DNA of 58,383 bases, filler included, from Porpidia crustulata (Eukaryota), in assembly GCA_964255105.1 (NCBI GenBank). It is 3 parts of 3 records of this genome, joined end to end, with 100 filler letters (N's around TTAATTAATTAA, not from the genome) between each part and the next. Parts side by side here need not be neighbours in the genome. Positions count along the whole stretch, not along the records: positions 39,050 to 58,383 come from CAXUWE010000144.1; 2 more parts are not named here. One strand, 5' to 3'. Positions 47,875 to 58,383 of the stretch are shown piece after piece (position 1 is the stretch's first letter; each line of letters begins with the position of its first letter). Both the position numbers and the translations under genes were made by a program. The notes beneath the pieces were generated by a model. The model was not told the DNA's origin. It made no database searches and was given only the letters and a program-made list of their open reading frames with translations.

Positions 47875-48104
47875 ATGGAGGAAAGGAACCAGAAAGATCC
47901 ACGTCTCCAATTTTGCAGGTCATTCAGTGTATAAAGAAGAATTATCAACCACTTTATCATCGGATAGAAATTACTATTCGTCCAAGCGGGCTTCTTCTGC
48001 TTGGTTTGAAGTCTATTAACTCGATTTCTTGAGTTTTTCAAGACAAAACCCTGGAATACGACCTCATCTGAATAACGCTAAAATCTACAGTACAATCCCC
48101 AATG

Positions 48105-49929
48105 TTACTCGGTATCTTCAGTTGCCGCGCTTGCGTAGCTCGGTTCTTCTATTTCATCCACTGACCAGCTCTTCAATGCAGCGACACCGATAACGCCTGC
48201 CACAAATAATGTGGCACATGTCCAAAATGGTATTCCAAGGGGAAAGTTTCCGTTGTTTAGCACAAGACTGAAGAGACCGGACCACAGCGGGGCACCTATC
48301 AGTGCAGCGATAATATTGATGAGACCTGTGCGCACGTAGAATTCCGAGACCTTTTCTCCTGGTGGTAGAGTCAATGTTCCGTACGCTGTCAAAGAATCGG
48401 CTAGGCCAATTCCACTTGTGTACACGCAGAGAAATAGGATGAAAAAAGCGGCTGGAGCTGAGAACCCAAGACCGATTACCCCTATCACGTTAGTCGCAAG
48501 AGATGCCTGCGTGATAAACAGGTCGATCTGTGGTGTGCTCATGCGGGGTTCCAGATACCGTTTGCGGAGCGTCGGTAAGGCGAAGAGTACTAGTGAGGAG
48601 ATCAACGCTTTCAGAGCGAGAGCGCGATTGACCGTTGCTAGCGGCCAATTTAGAACTAGGGATGTGTATTGGGGAAGAAGGACTTCGATTCGGACGGAAA
48701 GACCGTTGAGTAAGAAGACGATTAAGACGGTGAGGGTAGGGTTGGACATGCGAAAGAGGGTGACGACTGAGTAGTACGAAGCATACCATGAGCGCAGGAG
48801 AATACCGGCAAGAGAGTGCTGGAGACTTATTAGCTGCAACTGACGAGACAGGGGTGCTTCGAACATATCTTACATTGGGACTGGCGCGACGGGGGAGTGT
48901 CTGCCTCCCAGAAGCTGGATCTACTGACTCAGGATCGTCAGAGATGAGGAGGATGGGCAATGAGTCTTCTATAGCCTTGGTGTCACGCCCGAACTCAACC
49001 GGGATCGTCGCGGCAACGCAGGTCGTTAGAGCGTAGCAAAGGATGGAAAGACCGTTCAAAAGGTAGACATGATTGCTGAGCAGCAAAGAGCCAATGATAG
49101 ATCCTGCAACGCTGGCTAAGAGATAGCATCCACTGATGTAATTATATGCAATCGTTCTGGTGAAAACGATTAGGTACTCGGCCGAGATGAAATCTCAGAA
49201 AAATTTATAGCAATGACTTACAATTTCTCAGGTGGTGAGATTAGAGCAATACATGTCACAACGATTGTAATTCGTGTGATTTCGCCACCCCCAATCAAAT
49301 CGAAAATGAACGATGAGAGAATGGCATTGGTGGTCCATGTTCGATGGAGCGAGACTATGCTTGATAAGCATGATAGTTTTTATGCCAATGGTAAAAGAAG
49401 GGATTATATAACGCACAGTTAAAGATAGAGTATAAAACCGCCAAAGCAGAACAGCATAAGTTTATGAGTATGAGTCGGCGTAGGCCTAGAAATGGTAAGA
49501 GTTCCTTGTAAGTTGCAAGCACAAGGAGCGCTGTCATTGCACGCCGCAATTATTAGCATATCTATTTGTTGATCTCAAACTTCTTCTCAAGCGAGCGTAA
49601 TATGACTGTGTATCAGACCAGATAAAGATGAAATGACAGAGTGACCTACCTGGTAGATTGGACAGAAATGAATCGAGACCATCAGTGACGGAGAGTCGAG
49701 ATTGGACAACATCGACTTTACACAGCGCTTCTTTCACACCATTTTGTGGGTCAATTTTTGTAGGATCGACGGTCATGTAGAAGGCGAGACACTGCGATTG
49801 TTGAAAAAGATATACCCGTGAGCTTTTGTGTACAACGGCGGCGAGATTGGCGAGAGTAAGGACAAAGCCTAACAGGAAAACCTGCCCATTCGTTGACCGT
49901 TTGCGAAAGAGGACGCTTTGAAAAGACAT
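48105..49929 (-). CDS. MFS transporter, multi-exon
   Basis: Hydrophobic exons with CKVDVVQS, FDLIGGG and IAALIGAPLW. Confidence 0.8.
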
Positions 49930-50354
49930 GCTGTTTGATTTTACTTCGTCAAAATATATATGGGCGCGAAAATGTAGTCGAGAACTGAAGAGATAGAGAG
50001 TAGTAGAGAGCGAGACGGAAGTGCGAGAGCCTACATACTGAACTCAGCTCGCACACGCCGTAGTGATGGTGGTGTTGATGGATAGGATTGTGACCATCCC
50101 CTTATGCGAAGACATTGATCTCATGATGGACCGTGTGGTGTGGACGAATGTGGACGAACGTTACAGATATCTCGGAGGGGAGAGACCAGCTACCACGCTA
50201 AAGCGAATAGGGAATAGAGTAGACAGGCCGGCACACCTGCCAGTCGACCTACAACCTCAAAATGCTATTCATCTACTAACGGTCTACCAGTATTGTACCT
50301 GATCAACTTCCTAGGCGCCCCTTTATCCCCCCTCCCATCTGGTGCCCCGTCTCA

Positions 50355-51446
50355 TCATTCTATACTACTCTCGCTCACCCGGAATCTTTTTACTGGATCA
50401 GTCTCGTCGCAGTGTCCTAAGAATGGGTTATCCAGAACATATCCCGCCTGCTTCTGAGCTGCAACAGACCATTCCTGAACCTCCTCTTTAGACCACCACA
50501 GATGTTGATTCTCCTAAAGACTATCAGTATGTGCTCCACTCAAAGTTGATGGCGAGACTGGTTTTGAAGCTGGATGTAAAGGTGGTAAGACGGAGGGTAA
50601 ATACATACTTCTGGTCGCATCCACGAGCGACAAAAGAAAAATCCATGCATGGGTCTGCTTTGTAATGTTCTATTTGCAGCGCCAGCATGCACCGTTGAGC
50701 CAAGAAAACAGAGCGCTTCCCCGAGGTCCATTACTGCAGATACCGTCTCGTCTGACTTTGGGCGCCTCGAATTATCCCACAGATGGGAGCCTGGGATAAA
50801 CTGGGCAAAATCAACTCAGCAATACACAGGCATGCGAAGGAGTAGGAGTCTCCCACCAGAGTAGCCCCGTTATCGACATTCACCTTAACACCAGGAACCA
50901 AAAGTCCAAGGCTAAAATCAGAACCCAAACGATATTTCTGTTGTCCTCGGACTTCATGTGTTTGCTGCCAGATAAAGTCATCCCGGTGTAGACTCTGTGC
51001 TTGGACGCCAGGGCCAATATCCAAAGTCGCTGCCACGGACAGGATAGGGTCGGTGGTAATTATTGTAGCACCACTGTCATTGTAAGGTATGGACTCCGTT
51101 CGCAAGAAATGGTTGAGGATCTTAAGAAAAGCAGGCTGCTGCAGCCAGACCTCACGTGCCGTCCTGCTACGCCCGAACAAGCGGTAACATCGTATCGTTT
51201 CTCGAGGAAGAGAGTGTGATGCGCGCTAACGGGTTTTGTCAGTCTTACTGAAAAATGACCAATCACACGACAGCCAAGGTAGCAGAATCATACATCTTCG
51301 ATCTGGGCTTGGATGTAGGGCGCGGCTTCGGCGTTGACCTTGTCGACGTCAGCAATGCTCGAAAAGCCTGTCAAGATAACAGCGCCATCTTCTTCAATGC
51401 TCTGTATGGCCGTGCGCGTGTCGTGGAGAGGTACTCGGCGAGCCAT
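50355..51446 (-). CDS. Phytanoyl-CoA dioxygenase (PhyH)-family Fe/2OG dioxygenase, multi-exon
   Basis: IEEDGAVILTGF, LDIGPGVQAQSLHRDD, NGAT..IPGSHLWD, FLGSTVHAGAAN, RPEENQHL. Confidence 0.9.
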
Positions 51447-51728
51447 ACTATATCCGCCCACAGCAAGGTGATACTAGATAAAAAGGAAGCTTAATTAGAA
51501 TGGATCACTGCCAGTATTATAGAGCCGTTTAGTAGGTAGGGGTACCCCGCTCGAAAGGTAGTGGCTACAACAATCAAGACGATTGGTTCATATCACTGCC
51601 CTGTGGTCCCTCAAGTCAGTGCCTTGGAAAGCGTGGCTTGAATCAAGACCAGGTATTGATATCCATATACGTGAGAGATCTAGGACTTGAGCGTCGCTCT
51701 CTGTGATATATCTATATTGTAACCATAT

Positions 51729-52451
51729 TTACAGCTTCCGAGAAAGAAATCTGTCCCGGTATATAAGATCAGGATCCAGATTAGGAGTGGCGGGAATACG
51801 ATTGGGGACTTTCGTCACCCACATCTGAGCTTCTGTCTCCTTCGCCTCCACCTCTGGCGCGGCACATTCGATGAAAGATAGGATTGAAATCCGAGGATTA
51901 TAGCAATCCTCCAGGTAGCCTTTCCACGCTACATCGTCAAACACCATTGTTCCATGAACTTTGAGCATCCGCCAGCAGACTACGGCGTCATGTAAGACAT
52001 CGACGGCCACATGAGAAGCATCGATGTAGATGAAGTCGAATACGGTCGCTTCGCGTCGCAGCTCTAGTAACGCTTCGTCGCTCCTTGCTTTCATCACGCG
52101 CAATTTGTTTACATGCTCGCATTTCGAGGTGTTTGACTGAAATCGGCTTTCGAGCGAAGTAATGTCATATTGATGCACTTGATCTGGGTCCTGATGCTCC
52201 ATCCCACCCTCGAAGGTATCGATAGCTGTCATGCGAGATTCGGGATGACTCATGAGGTTGTCAAGTAACCAAGTCGTGGAGGCGCCTTCGAAAGAACCAA
52301 CTTCTAGAATGTTTAATTTCTTGCCACGAAATGGAGTAGTGAGTTGCTCCCATTCTGGGCGAACATCTTCGTCGAACCATGAGCGCTGGAACGTAAATCT
52401 GCCACGGTTAAGGTCATTTTGTGGCCAATCTGCCTTGGGTTTGGAATTCAT
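51729..52451 (-). CDS. Class I SAM-dependent methyltransferase (Methyltransf_24-like), intronless
   Basis: ILEVGSFEGAST, IDTF, FDFIYIDASH, DAVVCWRMLKVHGTMVFDD. Start at MNSKPK (52451) preferred over 52556. Confidence 0.88.
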   Translation of the reverse strand: MNSKPKADWPQNDLNRGRFTFQRSWFDEDVRPEWEQLTTPFRGKKLNILEVGSFEGASTTWLLDNLMSHPESRMTAIDTFEGGMEHQDPDQVHQYDITSLESRFQSNTSKCEHVNKLRVMKARSDEALLELRREATVFDFIYIDASHVAVDVLHDAVVCWRMLKVHGTMVFDDVAWKGYLEDCYNPRISILSFIECAAPEVEAKETEAQMWVTKVPNRIPATPNLDPDLIYRDRFLSRKL

Positions 52452-52884
52452 CTTGGATTTTACTACTGAAGTACAATGCACAGCGACGACTTTAACGATG
52501 GCAGTTCTACTTTCTAGAAATGGCACGTTCAATAAATATTGCAGCAAGCGACGCATATTGAGGACTTTGGTCCTGCATTAGCGTTCTGATCTCATGCATC
52601 TCATGCATAGACTAAAATAGGCTGTGGAACTGGCAGCCGTCTCTCATCTGACTGGAGGTCTCGTGGGCTTTGATGATTCCTTTACCCGGGGGAGCTCGTT
52701 AGTAAATTCTATTGGTTTCAATGTTGAGATTCTAGTTTGAGGTCTCCGACCTTGGTGCTTCCAAGCTTTCTATACAAGATCTAACAACCAGAGAGAAAGG
52801 TCATAGAACGACTCTCGATCTGCTACGATCGACACTTCAACCAAGTACTGAGGCTGGTGCAGAATCTTCATACCACCACCAAGG

Positions 52885-54965
52885 ATGATTGAGATACGTC
52901 GAGGGCCGTACACAATCGAACAGTCTCCTGCAATTCCGATACCATCAGAGATTAATCCTAGACGAATCAAGACCTCGATTGTCGTAGCTTGGGCTTCCTG
53001 GATACTGTACACGTCCCTTCAATTTAGGTACGTGAGCCTCTTACAAAAAGAAACAACAGACATATTGTGGCAACTATGGGTAGCTGTGCTTGCGGAATTT
53101 TTTTTAACCTTTCAAACTGCTGTTACGTCTTTCAATATCATTCTTGCCCTTTTCAGTGTGAACGATACTACTCCTCGGCCCTCGCTTCGCTTGACTGGCA
53201 ACACTGCTCCCTCTGTAGACGTTCTAGTTACGTGCTGTGGTGAGCCCCTAGATATCATTGTAAACACCGTTGCCGCAGCTGCTGCACAGGACTATCCTTC
53301 GAAGCAGCTACGTATTTTCCTACTTGATGACGGCCACGATGAAAGGCTTCGACAAGCTATCAATGTTCTCAATGGTCGTTTGGGTCTCCACCGGAAAACT
53401 ACCATTATTTATTTCTCTCGGAAGACCCAATTGGCTATTAAGTCATATTTCAAGGCCGGGAACCTTAGTGCTGGAATAGAGGAGAGTGAGTGCTTAGGAA
53501 GCTCGGAACTTCTTGCTGGACTCGACGCAGATATGATTCCAGAGGGGGATTGGTTAAGGCGGGTGGTACCACACCTGCTTTTGAACGACAAAACGGCCAT
53601 TGCATGCTCTCCGCAGGTAAAGAAGAAAGTCTAGAAAATTCGAACATTGGCTTACGGAGGCTTAAGAGCTATTATAATGTTCCAGCGAACGATCCCCTAG
53701 GCCAACAAGCGGAGTTTGAGATGTATTTCACCGTCCAGGAAGCCCTCAATGATCGTCTCGGTGCTTCGATGTGCACAGGCACTGGCTATGTCGTTCGAAG
53801 GAAAGCTCTCACTGATATTGGAGGCTGGCCCCAGGCCGAAACCGGGGAAGATTTCATGTGCTCTGCCCTACTGGGTAACGCAGGCTGGGAGATTGCATTC
53901 GTCCGAGGAAACCTCCAGTCTGGACTTGCTCCTGGAAATCTTAGAGGGGTAATGAAGCAGAGAATGCGTTGGGTAGGTTAATTTCCGTTCTTGTATCTTG
54001 CCTTATATCAAGTTACTAATGCCTACGAGATCGATGCCTGCATAGAGGTGTGCCAATTCTTTGGATACTACCTACCGGGATCGGCGAGTACCTCCCAGAT
54101 GACAATGTCTCAAAGAGCGGTCAATCTGCTGTACGCGCTACGAGACTACTCGCCAGTGACAACCAGTCTAACTTTGATAACTCTACCCCTGGCTATTTTC
54201 CCCTGGCACACTGAAGGGCTTGCAAGGGCGTTATCTAAGCATCAGAGCCACCTGTTCTGGATCCGATCAGCCTTCGTGACAACACTCTTTGCTCAGAAGA
54301 TCAATACCTATGTTATGTACAAACACGTTGGACTCCTAAGAATGGCTAATCTTCAAAGTCTTGAAATATGGAGTGCACCCTGTAAGCTAGGTTCTCAAGT
54401 CTCGTTGCTATTTAATACAATAACATGCAAGGTTAATCGGTGATGCTATTCCAATAAAATTTCTAACAAGTAGTGTGCTCCAGACACGGCCTATCGTTGC
54501 CTTGTATCATTCCTCCCAGCATCCATGCGAATCTCGAGCTTCGCGGTTTGCGGCGCCATCATCTCACCCGCCAATGAACGCTCTCGACTCAATCGCAAGT
54601 CCCTTCCAACTCGTCTCTCCAGTCCCGACATGATATTGTATACCCTGTACGCAATATACGCCTTATCGCCGTTGATCTTCTGCCTCAAGGCCTACTTGAA
54701 CGACGAGGATGTCCCACAGCTATTTTCCCCCTTCACAGGGCCGGTTATCATGTTACTGAATTGCGTTTGGAAGGTTCTCGTGCCGGTAAGATATATGATC
54801 TGGCCACCTACAGTTCCAGAATGGGAGAAGCTGGTCAAAATGGACGGGATGGGGGTGAAGAGACCCAGAAAGGATTGGGAGAAGAATGAGCAAGGTCATG
54901 GAATCTGGTGGGTTTCGTTGGGTGTTTGCGAGCTATGCATGGTTTGGCTGTGCATTAGCTATTGA
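52885..54965 (+). CDS. Membrane GT2 glycosyltransferase (cellulose-synthase-like), 4 exons
   Basis: VDVLVTCCGE, LDDG, KAGNL, LDADMIP, PQ, CTGTG, GEDF and QRMRW (D,D,D,QxxRW), with N- and C-terminal TM helices. Confidence 0.9.
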
Positions 54966-55049
54966 GAGTTTCCGCGGTCTGTGGAACGAATGCACTGATA
55001 GATAGCGGATTCTAGACATGATTCATGATTCATGATTCTCTTCCAACTT

Positions 55050-57800
55050 TCTGTAACGTAGACGGTATCGTCACGTCGTCGGTCAGTCTGAGAAATGAGA
55101 CAACTGCTCGCTTCTGAGATTTACGATTCATACAGCTTCTACTCATCAGGATCGTTTACTACCTCTGTTCTTTATTCGCTATAGGTTACAGTACGATAAT
55201 AACCCGCTTGCGCTTTCTCAACGTCTTCACTAAGGTATTTATGCAGCTTACAATATCTTGCTCCATGTCTAGTCTTGATAAGCCTCGATTGACGCGCTCA
55301 GGTATAGACTATGACAAAATCTTCCATTTACTGTTTTCGTGTCGTCTGTAGTACTTCTCTCGTTCTTGTTACTATTTCTCGTTCTCATTAATAGAAAAAG
55401 TCCTTCACGAGCAAGAGTGACGCGATGAATGAATCAGTGATGATGAGTGATGCCGAGCATGACAGAGTCGGTAGTGAAAACTCGATCATTAATGGTATGC
55501 GTCTAATTAATTGTAGAAATGAAAAGCCATTAAACCGAATGAATGCAGGCAGGAATGAATTTGTTTCTATACAAAGATTTAATAAACATCAGTAAATGAT
55601 GTGACTTGTTGAACAGGCAGGGTGACTGTCGTAGTGTTGCTACTGAATTACGTACAGAACTAGAAGGTTGAGTGGCCAGGTGGTCACATAAGACAGGGGT
55701 AGGGCAAAGCCCTATCACTAGATCCAATCCATCCATTCACACCGACTAGATAATGAGGAGGTTAGGCCTTCGTCCTACCGCACTTTCCAACATGACTCGA
55801 TTCAAGTCTCTGCGACCATACAATAAACCAATATGCCATAAACATGAACTTGAAGCGTGCGATCAGCATCGCAGTAACCAGTAACCAGTAACCCAGTCCG
55901 TCAGCGAATTGATATACGGAATGGGCAGCAGCCCTGCCGATAGTCGCATAACCCAGCTGCTTTTGGGGTGCCTTTCTAGATTATCACGTTGTCACACAAC
56001 CCTATAGATCTCTGGCTATCCATCGAGTAGCCTACGTTAAACAGTATGGGGCACGAGTTTGCTAGCTTCGCCTTATTGTGTCTTCGCCGAACATCCAACA
56101 GGTGCAGGTTCGTCCTGACGTGAATTTTTAGTAGACAGATTCATTTGGAACCTTCTGGGAGACCCTAGGATACTCTGTTCATATGCTTAATGGGTTTAGT
56201 ACAGACAACGTCGTGGAATAGAGTAATAACGATCGGTCATAATGTTCGACCGTTAAGTGATGCTAGCGAATTCAATCAAAGACGTTTCGGATCCCCGCGG
56301 GTCTAAGAACAACCTCAGCGGCCGAGTCTAATAACAGTACTCCCACGTCCATCAAAACCACCACGGTCAAGCCCATCACTAGCTTCGCTTTCTTCACTCC
56401 TCCAAGTTGCATTGTCGTGACAGCCAACGTTGTAGAATATCACGCTCTTTACACTCGAGGAGACAGCGGCATCTTTGCGCTCGGAGACAGCGGAGTAAGA
56501 TATTAAGACGGCGATAAGACACGGCCATTCGGAGTGCCGCAGCACTGATACTTCTCTCATTTAGCTCGTGCGGGTTGGTTTGGATAAGGCAATTCAAGTA
56601 ATCAAGCTCTTGCGGCTGTTGGGGTTGTGTCTGGTCGCGCTACCCTGCGCCCCAATTTATGGACAGTACTACCGAGCCTGTTCTCCGTGCTGATGCGTCG
56701 TTGTTGCCAAGGATAGTATCTGTCTCAATATTGCATCGATGAAGAAATCCTTCTTGTCCGCATCTTAGAGCTTCGTAAATTAGTTCATTATTAAAACTAA
56801 GCGTAAGATTGAATGGTTGAGACAATCATCTACGCAGGATTTTGAAATTCTGAAGCTACGCATATTGCGTGTTGACAATGAGCCAAACTCCCAACGCTCT
56901 CTGAATACAGTCAGATGGTTCTAAGAAGAAGTACGGATATATTCTTTGTTCTAACAAAATATGCTTTTGTAGATCTGATATCGTGCTACTCTGGCACGTA
57001 GGGATGACCTTGAGTCCTTGGTCGTACCAGGCAACGATATCGACGGATACGTCGCCTGATTGATAGATAACAAGCATATGCTTAGTCTCAACACTCAACC
57101 CACGCCTTTCCGAGGAAAACCAAGGAAGGGGCACCGAGTAAATTCCGTGGACATTTTATTACCTCTTTTTCATATATCCTCATCCCTCCCCTTCGCACAT
57201 CCATATGGTGATGTATCCACTATCCTGAATAAGGGAGCATTGGGTGGATGTGATCGTGCATCAATCGTGCTTCTTATTTTCTTTCTATTTGTGAAACCCG
57301 AATGAGCCAAGATGGAGAGATAGCGATCATATCCTCGACCGTGCAGCTCGCTGTGACCACGAAGTGTATCCGTCACGCCCATGAGTATTGGCGGTGGGAG
57401 GATCTGCATGGAAGATGGTGGGTTGGGGCATCATTGGGTTTCTCGGGGGGGTATGACGATGGTGATCGCGGACGGATCCATCATCCCTTTATTACTTCTT
57501 CCTAGTTGTGAAGCCGCGAATTTGTGATGATAGAAATTGCGGTCCCAGTATCACTATCTTCCTCGAACGTGATCTACTCATCATCCCCAATTGAGCCAAG
57601 GTGCGATCTCGAGTCGCTATCTTCCTTGAATGTGTGGCTCGCTGTGGCCGTGAAGATGAGGGATGTCGGAAGGCATGGTAGACTTGTGAAATTCTCTTGG
57701 GAATTCCATGAATATCTGCCCCAAAATTCCCGCGCAGCTCGTAGCGGTATAGTATATAGCGTGGTGGTAGCGGCCTGCCATCGTTACGTCTGATGATTAT
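55050..57800 (-). pseudogene. Degenerate, stop-riddled coding-like remnant(s), unidentified
   Basis: Protein-like patches on the minus strand are broken by many stops (e.g. ELDYLNCLIQTNPHELNERSISAAALRM; LRGHSELHGRGYDRYLSILAHSG, with a diverged second copy near 57590-57660). Confidence 0.3.
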
Positions 57801-58383
57801 TTGGTATATGTTGATGTTGGTTGGATGTGGGTACGCGCGTGGCCTGGGCCTCGGCTATCGTTGTTAAGAAGATATTAGGTGTTGGGAAGCCACGAGGTCA
57901 TCTGAAAAAAGGTTCTAAAGGTAGTCAGACGGTGCATACAAGGCGTGTGAGGATGAAGGTACCCTCCTGTGAAAGGACCCAGAGTAGTCCTAAACGATTT
58001 GCATCCCGTTCCCTAAGACAAGGTGTTATTTTTTCTAGGTACGAAAAAGCCTAAAACCGTACAGATCACGGTTACGGGGGGAAAAAGATCGGAGCTGCAG
58101 TCAGCGTAGAGATTGTGGAGAGCCTTCGGTTTTGCGAGAGCCAAAGATCCAAGAGAAAGCTTCCAGACTTTAGGTAGGTAGCTCTTGAACCCTGATAGAT
58201 TCATCCATTTGTTGTGAGGTGGAAGGATGAATCCTATCGAGGTTTAGTCCCAAGACAAGGAGGATTTCTTCACTGAATTACATAGCTCATGCTTCTGTGA
58301 TTACATAAATCAATTTCATGACTCTGCGGTCGAGCGGGCTAGTTTACTGCCGAGCTGCAACATTTGTAAGCCCGCGCTTATTA

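Noticed and set aside
55050..58383. Possible transposon or Starship captain at the right end
   Set aside because: No transposase, reverse transcriptase, integrase or tyrosine-recombinase motif, and no terminal repeats could be recognised in the degenerate frames.

Overview
Eukaryotic DNA from a filamentous ascomycete (Pezizomycotina). Evidence: short GT-AG introns with CTAAC/CTGAC branch sites and fungal-type proteins; a lichen-forming lineage is plausible but not provable here. Two artificial 100-nt linkers (44 N + TTAATTAATTAA + 44 N at 19480-19579 and 38950-39049) split the window into three contigs, so adjacency across them is unproven. Segment 1 (1-19479) holds core genes: verprolin 3' end, Tma17/Adc17-like, Pcp1-like rhomboid, Mob family, Leo1, RPL1, CorA-like and ARF1. 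It also has a secreted protein with a nonsense codon and a bacterial-type RtcB2-like RNA ligase with an extra N-terminal DCX/KHA-like domain. Segment 2 (19580-38949) is a decaying accessory island. Its core is a twice-repeated head-to-head module: an Mx-like dynamin GTPase paired with a small uncharacterised 'YG-D..W..LC' protein, one copy preceded by a CCCH zinc finger. Next comes a gene made only of two RNase H1-type nucleic-acid-binding (Cauli_VI) domains. BTB, collagen-like, DUF4470-type, His1 (LPMO-like) and SH3 genes or relics surround these. This is the best candidate for an undescribed, possibly antiviral or immune, system. Segment 3 (39050-58383) is a tailoring-rich gene cluster with no PKS/NRPS/terpene backbone visible: arylsulfotransferase, sulfotransferase, two Fe/2OG dioxygenases, NmrA-like reductase, methyltransferase, GT2 and two MFS transporters, followed by degenerate sequence. 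All family calls come from motif recognition by eye; no database search was run.
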